Shown: positions 1-12,700 of the stretch, one piece after another
How the letters are laid out: each line of letters starts with the position of its first letter
Numbering within the stretch: the stretch's first letter is position 1
From: Phoronis australis
Lineage: Eukaryota; Animalia; Phoronida
Assembly (NCBI GenBank): GCA_002633005.1
Contig: NMRA01000105.1
Location: 248,001-312,000 of the forward strand
Direction of reading: 5' to 3'
Length of the DNA stretch: 64,000 nucleotides
Made by a program: the position numbers and the translations under genes
Notes under the pieces: model-generated
Databases searched by the model: none
Seen by the model: only the letters and a program-made list of their open reading frames with translations
What the model was told of the DNA's origin: nothing

Positions 1-752
1 TTTAGCTTACAATATGGCCGACAAGTAATTATTTCAAATTTCTCAACACCGTTAAAGTAGCTGTTAACCTTCGTTCTGTTAAAGAATTGAACGTTTCATT
101 TAAACCATTTACTGCAGCTGTGAAATTGGACAAGTTCCTTACTGGGATGAGAAGTAATTTCTGGTGTTGCAAAGAGCTGAGGGTTCGTTATTTTGTTGAA
201 AGCATGCGCAGAGCATAAAGTGACATGGCGTGACAAGTCAAATTTTTAAGCATTGTTTCAAGCAATAACAAAATGTCTGCTTATGTGAATATCTGAAATC
301 ACTTCTAATTTGAGTATGGTAAGGTACGAGTGCAGGCTAACTTAATGACTTTACAAAGCCTGAATCAAAAATTGATTTTTAGAGGAAGTGGGATTTATAG
401 CAGCTTTAAATTTGGAGAAAATTCAATACTTTGCAAAAGGAATGCTGTATGCACCCTGGCAAATATTTTGACTGTGTAACAATATGAGAACTGTGCTAAA
501 TGAATAAAGTCAAAAGTTATTGTGATGGAAGACAGGCTTATAACGTCTTTACGTATGCATCAAAACATTTTTAAGTCTGGTCTGCACGTCATCTGTTGGC
601 CACATCATGTGACCTAATGAATAGGTGGCGTGCAGACCAGACTTCAAAATGTTAATGATCTATATTTCCACTCAGGTTTGTAACAAAAATTGATGTCTCT
701 TGACCTTCCAAGAATACTGTGTTTTAATTTCTTATTCGTTTTTACCTGCTAG

Positions 753-3700
753 TGCTGGAATTCGTTCCATTATCAATCTCCAAAGACCTGGGGAACATTC
801 CTTTTGTGGTCAACCCCTCGAGAATAAAGAATTCTCCTACAAGCAGACAGACTTCATGAACAATGACAGTAAGTGACTTGATCTGTTTCCATGAATGTCT
901 AAATGGCATTATTACAGTTGTTTATTAGTTAAAGCGTCTATAAACCATCTAAATAGTTAACTTGATTCATACCACTTACTGCAAAGTTTATTATGCCATG
1001 CATTTATGCTCCGCCCATAAAGTGATGTCATTTGTGGATCCTGGTCTCAACCANCCGGGGGCCGCCATCTTGAAGAAGAGTGCAGCTACAGGCTACAGCC
1101 AAGAAAGTGGCCTTTTTTATTCACAGCATGTTCAGAAATACAAACAAACCACATTCACTGAGCCTACGTGCAATGCCCACCTACAAAATGCCCCCAAACT
1201 TGGCCTACCCCAAAATTTCTATATTTTGGCAGTGCAAATTGGCCGCGGCCGCAGCCTAACTATTCAGTGCCACCTAAGGTGTTCCTCTATGCGCAAAAGG
1301 TATTTATAACAACGTGACTTTGATGGTTTAGTCGGTGCGAGGCATAATTCGCCGAAAAATGTCCGGCGTACAGAGCGCCTATAGCCTCTGCATCGCCTCT
1401 GGTTCGGGCCAACAGAAGCATAGTCATTGCCTAAGGTTGGCAAGGCTAGCTACAGCTAGCTGAAGGTCACGCATGTTCAACGAAATTTAGAATACAAAAA
1501 ACTTGTACACCTATACTTTTAACTGAATAAAGAAAAGATACAATCCCGCCACGACAGAGGGTAAGAAACACTTTGTTCTTCACCGTTCAATTGTGTGAAA
1601 CAATCCAAATAGGGACACAACTAAGTTCCCTAAATCCACTGTGTATTTGTGTCTTTCTTTACTCACATGTCTAATCTTTTTCTATCGTTACGTCTTTAGT
1701 ATGAGCTCCTATGACATTTTCTAGTAATTTAACTTAAGACTGAGTTCTGAATTTTGTGAACATGAATAGGGACTTAGTCGTTAAATTTAGGTATGTTGCA
1801 TGAAAGATCCCTGTTTATTTTCGATGATATTAAGAATTCAATGTAGAGTTCAGTTTGATTTGTATCAAAGCCAAAAATTGACTTAGGAATGAAGCTAAAA
1901 CAGATAAGAAATGACAATCGACATTTTCACGTACGCAAGAGATTTAGGGATCTTAGTTGACTTCCTACTTGGGACTGTTCCATGCAACCGGCACTGAAGC
2001 CCTGAAATCATTCGGTTGTTTTTTGTGATGTAGTGTGGGTTTGTAGCCACTTTAAACAGATACTAAGCAGCATTGTTAAGTGATTATCCTCAAAATACAA
2101 TTTGACATTTGTCCATTTTCCCCATGTGAGCATTTGTCATATTTGATTTGCTCCTTTTTGACCAACTTGCTGGCTGACTGACCGACTGTTCGACTGACTG
2201 ACTTGCACAAACGTGAGACATCCTCATTCTGACCCTCACTCATTAACGATAATGACTAGGGGTTTATATGTAAATGAATGTAAGTCGTGCAAAATGTTCA
2301 TTAGCCTGAGTGCTTTGTAATATGCGCAGTCCTGCAACATCTATATACGCCTACTCATGCCATTGTTGCCATGACAACTCACTTAAGTTTGCGCTAAATT
2401 AGTGTGCCGTAATTGTTTTGGCTTATATTCACGTCAGGGTACAGAATGGGCTGCCATACGAGAGCTTTTTTATTTTCATGTCCATATAACCAAAAACTCA
2501 GTGCAAATTATTTTTGCCCATTGTTTGCATACATCTACTAAAATTAATAAGCAAGTATGGCTGCTATGTCTACATTTTCTCTATGGAATTTCATCTACCA
2601 CAGATCTTTCTCAATTTGCAACACTGCTGTCATTTTCAAATGTATTGTGGGATGGTTGTGGGCTCGTAAACATCCGATGATGTCATCTCTGATGTGCAAC
2701 CTGGTTTGTGTTTCAAATGGTGCCTTGAGAATCATTTACAAAAAGGATTTCCTAATGTGTGTATTGATTTGAGGAGGCAATGTGGCCTAGTGGGTTAAGT
2801 GGCCATTTCCTTCACTGAAGGGTCGTGGGTTCTAGTGCCACTGGGGCACACTGCTACCCTTGAATATGGCCTGTAGCTCCTCAGCTCATGTCCAATATAT
2901 ATTAATAAAGCATAAAAATGGTTATTGGTCATCAGTGCCATGACCCACGTGAGCAGCCTGCTCATGTCTAATACAACATGTATCAAACTGCCTGTAATTA
3001 TTTTTATTGATGTATTGATTTGATGCAGTTTGAGGCTCACCTTCAGTCTTTTACTTTTAGTGTGTAATGGTTGCTTTGTCCTTCCACCTAAAATCATGTT
3101 GCAGTAGAGCTGTGCTTTCAATTCTGCAACACTCAAGTGACAACTGTTGTGTTTCATTACATATTTACGCGGCACCAAGTTAGGGGCTTGTAATTTAACT
3201 CTTTTAAGACGATCTGCTCTTCTTTTAAGAAGATTTCATCTTTAGTTTTTGGTTTCAAATTCCTCTTATTTGATTTCCAGTTTCCTCTTTTTTCATCCCT
3301 TTTTCGTTAATTTGACTTTTCATGCAACCATATGTTTCTTGTAGATGAATTTTACAAAATGGTTAACGTTTTTATCTCAAAAGTCTATTCATAGAAGCAT
3401 ACGTCACTTGGAAAATTTTCTTCTTTTTTGTCTATGCTCATTACAAGCCTTGCAGGTTAAATCTGTGATGTCAGCAGATGTTTACCACTGACCCACAATG
3501 CATTTGAAAAATGACAGCAGCACTCCAGATGAAACCTTTCGAATTGAAAAAATAGACTTGAAAAGGAGACACACATACATGAAGGGTCGTGTTAATAATT
3601 TTACTCAAAAACTTACTACTTCAAAAACCACGGCTTTAATCTTGTGTATTGCCTATAAGTGTATACGGCAGGGCATCTTCATTAATTTTATAGGCACATG

Positions 3701-6700
3701 GATTGTTAGTGTACACATTGATGGTGAACCCGTTTTTGTGCAAACCACTTGCATCTTGATTTAGATTATAAAACAAGTTATGTCTGACTCGTTCAATCTG
3801 TCTGCAAAATCGTTGGATTTCTAAAGGTTATGATTTTGTTTTTTTATGTCATGAGAACGAATGTTTAATGTTAACAGTGTTTGTTATGACTCATAGAGAA
3901 GGCTTTGAGTTAGTATTGATTGATGATTTGAATTTGTTGCCTGATTTCATGTTTTGATGGAAACTGTCTCTGACTTTGATGTTCTTACATTCAATAAGGA
4001 AGTAAGTTTTGGTGCTGCTGTTTGGATTCAAATTTAGATACAGAATATATTGATTTACAGTACAAGCTAAAAGAAAGCAGACAAAATGACCTGATAATCC
4101 ACGCAATTTTATGTTATGAAGGTTGAATGTAAGGGAAATTGATCGTCGTAGTGGCCATTGGTCATGACGAGTATTTGAAATCACATGGAACAGCTATTCA
4201 CTATTCCCTAATTAATCATAAATACACTTTGTGATATCTTCAAAAGATTTACTGCACGGCAAATGCAGATGACGGATACACCTTAATTAAGTCACCCATT
4301 TCCACACTGCTACATGTGAGAGTCACCTGTGTAAGTTGCATCGGATTAAAAATGACGCATGTAGTTACGTTTTTAAACAAACTGAAATGTTTTGAATTTC
4401 ATATCATTTGAATTTCATGTCATTTGCGACGACGGGTTCACGACACCAGCATGCCGAACGGGGCTTAAAAATACACTTTATTGTGATAAGCGGCCACCAA
4501 AATTATATTGCAAAAATCTTTATGTTCCACTCTTGTCAATCACAGGTCTCAATTTTGCATGATCGCGTTGTGGGATTGCTTAGTTTTCTATACCTGCCTG
4601 TAATATGGGTATCATCTCAAAAGGCAAACTGGTGAAAACTTTGCAACATTAAACCTAATAATGACAGGGTGTGGGAAACTTTTGACGTCCGCTAAAATAA
4701 GCCGAGGTTTGTTTGGTTGTTTACTTTTGAATTTATTTACTATCTGGCATCTTTCCGCCCATCCTGAAGTTATCCGTTGATACTTTTGTGCGAATGAAGA
4801 TTTGTGTTGATTTCAATGTTTTGTTTCTGAAATTTATGGTTTTATGACAGTGTCTAGTTATGTTGTTAATTCCTGTTTGAAATGCGTCATCAAACGTCAC
4901 GTCATGACCTGTTATTTTCAACCAGAATTGAACAGAAAAGAATCTGTAGGCAGAATTGACCTCATCACGTTGGTATGGTATTTTGTCTGTTTTTTTGGCA
5001 CCAATTTACTTGTGTGGAATCAATGCATTCGTGACTGGATTTCTTATGAATGTCTGCTTGAATAAGCAGTGTGTTAAGAAATTTCTTTTTCTTTTTCAGT
5101 ATTTTTCTACAATTTTGGATGGTAAGGCTTTTATTTTTAGTCTATCTTTTAATACAATTTCTGTTTTGACTAGTCATTCAAAGTATAAGTTGCTGTTAAA
5201 AGTAACTGAATTGGGCAGTCACTGACATCTGTCTTCAACACTTTGCAAAAATATCTGATACGTTGAAAAAGGTATAAGTTAGTGAATGAATTTAGTAATA
5301 TGTATTTCACCCACTGCTCTGAAGCTGTTGGTTTGCTGGCAGTAAATCAGTAATCACTTACTGGGGTTGGACACATTTTGCCAGAAAGCCATAAAACAGC
5401 CGTTGGTTGTTGACACTGACTAACTTATAAAATATTCCAATATGATTGTCTATTTCAAGTAACAATTATAATGATTGAAATAAAGATTGTTACCCGTCGC
5501 CAGCCTGATTATATTTGAGAAAATAGCTTTTGGGCTCTTGAGCTCTTCGATAGGTTTCAAAATTTATTTCGTTGTTACGTGCCGGCGCCAGCTATGAACA
5601 TCCATTTCACAACAAATTGGTTAATTTGAAAAATATTGATTTTGTGTTGTTTTTGTTATTTTAGCGTTTGATAGTAGAGTGGGAAAGATTGTAATGATTA
5701 ATTTTGTTGTTATGATGTGCAAACAAATAATTGGTTGACCAACGTCATTCATCAAAGGTGAAGAAGCAATTCACTGATAATCCAAGATACTGTTGTCAAA
5801 AATTTTCTCAATGAACTTTTTTGCCGTGTCATTCATAGCGTTCTGTTAGCGCAGTCAAGTTATCACTTTTTAGTTTTCTCTGTTTTCATATTTTTGCAGC
5901 AGTTTTAATTATAACAAGTTCAAAGTGAAAGAATTTACTGCTACATGATATTACGGATTTTGCAACACGAATAATCATCCCTGGCACTGTTACCACTGTA
6001 CGTACTGTAGATTAGGTCACGTGACGCGATGAGGTACCTAATATATGCATTATGGATACTATCATTGAGTACTGCACTGTTGTAATGACATCATTTGTTA
6101 GTCGGTGGTTTTGGATCAATTTGAGAATTTGAGAAAAATAAAGAAATCAAACAGCTTCTCGAAAGAGAGGCATAAATTAATGTAAAATCACTCTAGTAAA
6201 TAATGAGCGCTTTGCAAGCAAGCTCAAGACCTTTGTCTCGTTCGCTAGCAAATCAGCCTCTTTTAAGGTGGTTTTCGGTGATGCAAGAATGTGGAATTCT
6301 GGATAAAGTTACCATTTCCGCTTATTATGCGAACATTTCTCATCTCAAATTTTTCGTGAGTGTACTTCATTATGGAATGTAGAGCAGTTTTTAGTGATTA
6401 TTTTAAATTGTCTCCGTTGCAGGCGGGACTATGGTGTAGCATCCCTTAGCACTATACTTGACATGGTGAAAGTGATGCAGTTTGCTGTATCCGAGGGTAA
6501 AGTCGCTATTCATTGCCATGCAGGGTTAGGTGAGTAAAGCTGTCATTACCATAGCACACGTAGATCCAGTGACCATTGCAGGACAGGTGAAAAGTTATTT
6601 AATGAAATGTGAAAGGACTTGACAAAGGTTAAAAATTACCTTAATTCATTAGGCTCATTCGATTTGCACACAAATGAATATAAAATTGCGCACTGTTTAC

Positions 6701-9700
6701 CCCAAAGTATCCAGCGAATTTCTCGGTACATCAAAGGCTTGATTGGGCCATCACCGATTGAAGTGATCTATTCACTATTCGTGGGCTTGGCTGAACGCGT
6801 TGGATGAGATAATTGCAGTCGTACACCAACATGCCTGTTTAGCGTGCAATAAGTAAGCTAATGATGAGCATGACTGTTTTTAAAGTAAACAGTAGTGGTC
6901 TTTGAATGTTAAAAATCAATACATTAGAGAAATTAGTGTATAAGTTTTCTTCAGCATCGCGACTGAGCCACGAGCATTTGTGAATCTATTAAGATGGGTT
7001 AGTCACAGTCTAGCTTAGGCTCGCTAAGGCGTTGGGGTAACAATATCCCAAATCTTATCATAAGATTCGTCTCATGTTTCAGCCTGGTAGTTGCAAACAT
7101 TTTGTACCGTCAGCCTGGTAGTTGTGAGGTGGTTAAAGAAGCAATTTTTGCACAAACTTTTGAGCTCCATATTTGATTGTCCATTGGTTTTCTTGCAGGT
7201 AGGACAGGTGTTCTTATAGCTTGTTACCTGGTGTTTAACAACAGAATGCCTTTTGATGAGGCTATACACTACGTCAGATCTCGAAGGTATGTGAATGTGA
7301 GGTGTTATGTGAATGTCGAGAATAACTTCTGTGTGACCCATTAATATCATGTATTGTTCACCAAGTGCATAATTAGTAGTTCAGTCATCTAATTTTACCC
7401 CCATACAATAATCCTTTGTTACGCACCAGCACTGTGGGATGAGTGTTCTGATTTCACCGATCGGCTAGTTGGTATACAGCCGTGTCGTTATCATTTTGAC
7501 AGCGATAACGAGGAGAAACAGTTGGCAAACCATTGTTTCCACAGTCCAGCTCTTATTGTCTGCATTCGTCTGATGAGCTCACGTAATCTAGCAAATATGT
7601 TGTGAACAGTGCACCTGACGCAAACCAATATACAAGAAATACTATTCCCAAACGACGTTCAACAAATTTCGTGAAGATGTGTTTTTCATGAAATATTATC
7701 ACCAAAACAATTTTGAACAGAGAAAAACGGATGATTTTCAGAGAAATTAGAATCAACTTTCACCTGCTGATTCCTTTGTGTGACCCTAAGCCCTGACTCG
7801 CTTACTACCACAGCACTGTGTACCAACACAATAGGCTTGTTAAGTTTAATCAAACATGATTTTAGATCAGGATCGCGGTGTTTGAACTGTCCAAGGAAAC
7901 AGTACATAACGTCACTTATTTTGTACAAAAGTAAATTTCCAACGTATCATTTTTGTGAGATATACAATCTTGCTACAAAAAAACAAAAACTTTGTCAAAT
8001 GTTGTTTTATGGCTTTCATGCTGGAAAACCAAGCCGTAGACTGTATTTTTTGTATATTATGTTTTTTGATAATTTTGACGACATAAAATTTTGCTGTTTT
8101 TATCGTTTTGTTATAATTAAAATAAAATTTCACTTGTCTCCCTTGCTGTGTGTTAAATAGGCAAAGAATCACTGCAAATCTTGCCCATCTTTTAATGTTT
8201 TACACACTTATTTTCATGTCGTGATAATTGAAAAATGTACTGAACAGCATTCTTCCTGTAGTTGACTACTGTCAATTATTACTTGGTGACATGAAATTTT
8301 GCCGAGCATGTTGCTCTGTCTTGAATTAAGTTTGTTTCTTGGTTTGTTGTTTGTTATTAGCACATAACAGCTTGCCATTCTTATCCAATCGACATCAAGT
8401 TCATTCGTTAATAGATAGAGGCCTTTTGTTTTTTGTTGAAGTCACGCAGAAGATGTCGTGGTGGCCATTTTTTTATTTTTTTTTGTTTGCGGAGCCATAG
8501 CTCTGCAGTCCTTGGAGGTTTTTTTTTGAAATTTGACATGTGGATAGATCTCATCAAGCGCCATCTAGTGGAGTGTGTCGTCCATTTTTAGCTGTAATTT
8601 ACCATTCTCGTTATTCAATATATCGTGGCAACTGTTCTTTAATTGTTTAATTCTCGTGTCACTCCTCCGGCATCCCATGGTAGATCTAAAATTTGGTATG
8701 TGGATAGATGTCGTCAAGCGCAATGTGCATTATGCTATCCTTTTCTTGCTTTGACTTACTGTTCTCGAGATATTCAAGATTTACTTGTCAGATGACTGTT
8801 TTTGATTGACCAATTCCATGTTGTGTTTTTGCTGGTCTATCATACTCTTGCTTCAGGTCACATTTTTGTCTGATGGAATTTACACACAACATGTATTGTT
8901 CCTGGCGACATAAAACACAAGATGGTGCAGCGACGGCCATTTTGCAAATAATCACTTGCAGAGCTTTGGCTCCATCATTCTTTAGGAATAATCTGAAATT
9001 CGTTAATAGGTAGACAGATTTCAAGGGCTATCTGGGAGTGTTTGGGTTTCCCCGCTTAAGACTGTATTATTATTGCTGTATTGAAAACACAAAAAGCAAT
9101 TTACAACAGACAGAGGACACACACACACCACTCACACCCACATTTTGACACCTGCTAATAAAATTAGAACTTATGCGTACACAAGAAAACAAGAGACAGA
9201 GAGGACAATCTATTGTTAAATTTCCACATTCACAATTTCTGAAATAGAAATACTTTTCCATTTGAATTATCCGTAAATGCCTCCATCTTGAACATTTTGG
9301 TTTTCCCACTCAGACTTACCATCCTTTCTAGTTATTCAAGATTTTCTGATTTGACAACTTCTGTTTTGTTGATTTATTCCTCAAAGCACTTCTGAATTGG
9401 CTTATCATCAATGTCAGGGTCGTGTTCGTTTGTGTTTTCGGTTTCGTCGTCATCCTTACCTATAAGTTTTTCATTCGCATTCCTCAGAGTGCCTTATTCT
9501 CAATGTTGGTTGGTTTTTTACAGACCCAATGCTATCCAGACACGTGGGCAGATATGCTGTGTTCAAGACTTCAGTCAGTATTTGGTACCTTTGAGAGTAG
9601 TCTTCACATCTGTGTAAGTTTTGCAATTTGTTACTGAAAAATTATGGGTCACTGTATTAACAATGATCCCTCAGTGAAGTATCTGTGTTTTGGCAGTATT

Positions 9701-12700
9701 TGCTCGTGGGTGGTTTATGACGTTATTTGGAAATCAGTCCAGCTCTTCCATTCAAGGTATGACGATTGTTTTGTGTAGTTGCTACATGTATGGCGTTTTC
9801 ACATTCATCTACATGTTCATGGGAATGTACTGATGTGTTTTTATATCTTACTAATGTAAGAATCGATAATCTCTGCCATAGTATGCTGCAATACCTGTAC
9901 GAGTCCGATATTTAATTGTATTGATTTCATGAAGGCTAATTCCCCAAAGACTCCTGATGCTTGAAGCCTAAAAACAGTTTTGTGTTATTTATGCCAACAG
10001 TTATGGATAAGAAGTGTAATTTACTCTGTATGAATATTGAATAGTAGTGTGACGAAAATAAGCCTTGGTGTTGTGATTGCTTGGGGTAAAATCATAAACT
10101 GCAGAATTACCAATATTATGGAGTTGTGACATTATTCTGTGTGAAATAAGTGAAGAATTACCATGATTATAGTTAGTGAATCTAACTCAGATTTTTACAC
10201 TGGACTAATTCACTTGCTAACAGATCTAAGATTCACTTTTCATTTCTGCATTCCTTATCAAAGCCACATGAACTATTTCAAAGTACAAAATCGCCAACTT
10301 CAAACTAGAATAAGGCAAGGTTGCTTAAGAGAAACTAGCTGCTGCGAAAGCAATCACTGCTTTCCACTTGGACCATACTGTAAGGCATGAACAGCCCAAT
10401 TGGTTCTGGTCCATGCTTGGCTCACTGTGCTTCTCAGAGATGACAACAGGTGGTGCTGGGTAAAAAAAGTTCCCAGCTCATTTTGAAGCCTGTCCCCACT
10501 AGGTGGCACTGGATAAAAAATGATCCTGAGACATTTCAGCTGCTATCAGATGATATGGACACCTGAAAAATACTGAATCAGTGCTTCAAAGTAGGAAGAA
10601 ACACAGACCTGAACCAATTGTGCCTGGCTTCATGATGTGAAATAAGAATTTGTGCTAACTTTTCATGTTACAAAAACTCTTAATCCCTCTTTGGTGATTT
10701 TAAGAGGTTTTTAAAACATGACGCTGTCTGCGGCTTTGTTACTTTATCTTGCCATGGTGCAAGATTGAAACTCTTTTTATTCTCTGTAACATCTCCTTAT
10801 TTCAGTTTAGAAGATGATCAAGAGTAAGATCCATTTCCTGTGTGCCTAACTTAAATGTTTATCAACTATAACTCGGTTGCTGTTCATTAACTCAAGCTAA
10901 ACAAACCTGTGCTTTAAGCTGAGAACACCGTCTGCCATTCTGGCAATCTTACCTGGTGAATGTGAAGCTTTTGATTGTGGTGACGTTTTATTCGGGGATG
11001 TCATCTGTTTAATGTGTAGGTCGGAGCCACTGCCTGCTCCAAATCCAAAGTAGCGTTTGCATATGGTGAAATGGGTGCGCAAGATTACACCAATTGGTAG
11101 AAAACTAGCAAAAACTACACTGCTTTGCAAATTTCTACAAGGGTAAAAAAATAATTGCAGGCGGTCTGGTACACGCTGTACCAGATGTGTGCAGGCCGTG
11201 TAGGTGGGGCCCTTGCACTGATTGGCTGGAAACATTTTATGCTTTGTTGATATATCGATAAAAGCGAGCTGAGGAGATAGAAATCTGACTCAAGGGTTTA
11301 GCAGTGTGGACCAGTGGGACTCCAACCCATGGCCTGTGAGTTTAAATTACCCAACAAAATTGGCAGTAAACCCTTGAATACTGTTGTGGCACATGGAGAG
11401 CCTGCTCATCTGGTCACACTTGATCTTCAAGTTACCGAGCACTTCACCCCTACATCAGAGTGATGCCTCTCTGGTTCACCGCTGCACGCAGGTGTATCAC
11501 AGTTCTGGAGCTTGGCTTTTTCTTGTTAATGTGTTAATGATTTGCTGTGCATAACTAGTGGAATTGCAAGCCAGTGTGTTGGCTATAACTATATTCCAGT
11601 CAGTCCCAATACATTTCGAACAACACTTCCAAGGTTCAAATGGTTTGTGTTTATAACACTGAGTGTGATTTTTTTAAGAAGTTGTAATTTTCATCTTTTA
11701 CTTAAATTGCTGACTAGACTGTAATTTCTTTTGCCCCACATTGTTTTGTGATACCTTTTTGTAGTGCGTAGGTTTCACTCGCCATTCATGTAATTAATGC
11801 ATGACGTGATCATCGTTCAGTCCTCAATCAACATGAATATACAATTTCCCCTGTTCACATTTTGTCATTTTTCTTACATGCAGGGCTGACAACCTTCACA
11901 GTGTGACTCTCGGTGGTTATCTATCACGGCAGGCCAAGGTTCTCCATGGGTTTGAGGCTAGATCACTGAAATTCTTGCCAAAGGTGAGACACAAGCAGTT
12001 TAAAGGTGACAGTGACAGTGACAAGATTTAGCATTAGTATCATCAGTTAAAACACCACATCCATTGGGTTGGCTAAACATCACTACCGAATTTCAAAAAA
12101 AAAAACCCTCCCAAGCTAACATTTGTAGCCGTGTGTTGTTTAACACCCCTCTTTAAGAGCAGATTTTTAGTTTCTCAATTTAGTTGCCCAGAACACTGTT
12201 GTTGTTATCACTGTTGATATCTGTTCCAGATCATACATATAATCAGCGAACGTCTGTTGCAACTTGCTGGCAAGCATGGCCACCCTGAGGAGACAATTAA
12301 GGACAATTTCAGTCTCATACACACTACACTGCTGGATGCGTTCACTAACACGACTATACAATGTCAGAAGAGTGTTCACAGTGTCACGTCCGAGCAGGAT
12401 GTTCACACGGTGCAGAATGGTTCTAGATCTACTAGGCGAAGTCTATCAATGAATTCATTGAAGCACAAGGCCATTTACGATGTGCGAGAGTCAGACTCGG
12501 GGTTTGAGTCAGTGGAGAGTGAAGGGACGTCAACGTCGATGTCTGATAGTAATGATTTGAACAGTAACATTCTTTCAGATGTGATGGAGGAAGCTGACAC
12601 GAACGTGTTGTCTGTTGTCAACGCACTCTTGTCTGAGTGTGATGATGAAGAAGTACAAGACAAGTGCTTAGAATATCAGGTAAAGTCAGTAGGCTTTAGT

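Noticed and set aside
1054-1054. Single N base inside a 115-aa ORF
   Set aside because: Assembly ambiguity; the ORF spans repeat fragments and has no recognisable motif.
7560-7600. CTGATGAG hammerhead-like start
   Set aside because: No GAAA after helix II and no convincing helix I/III.
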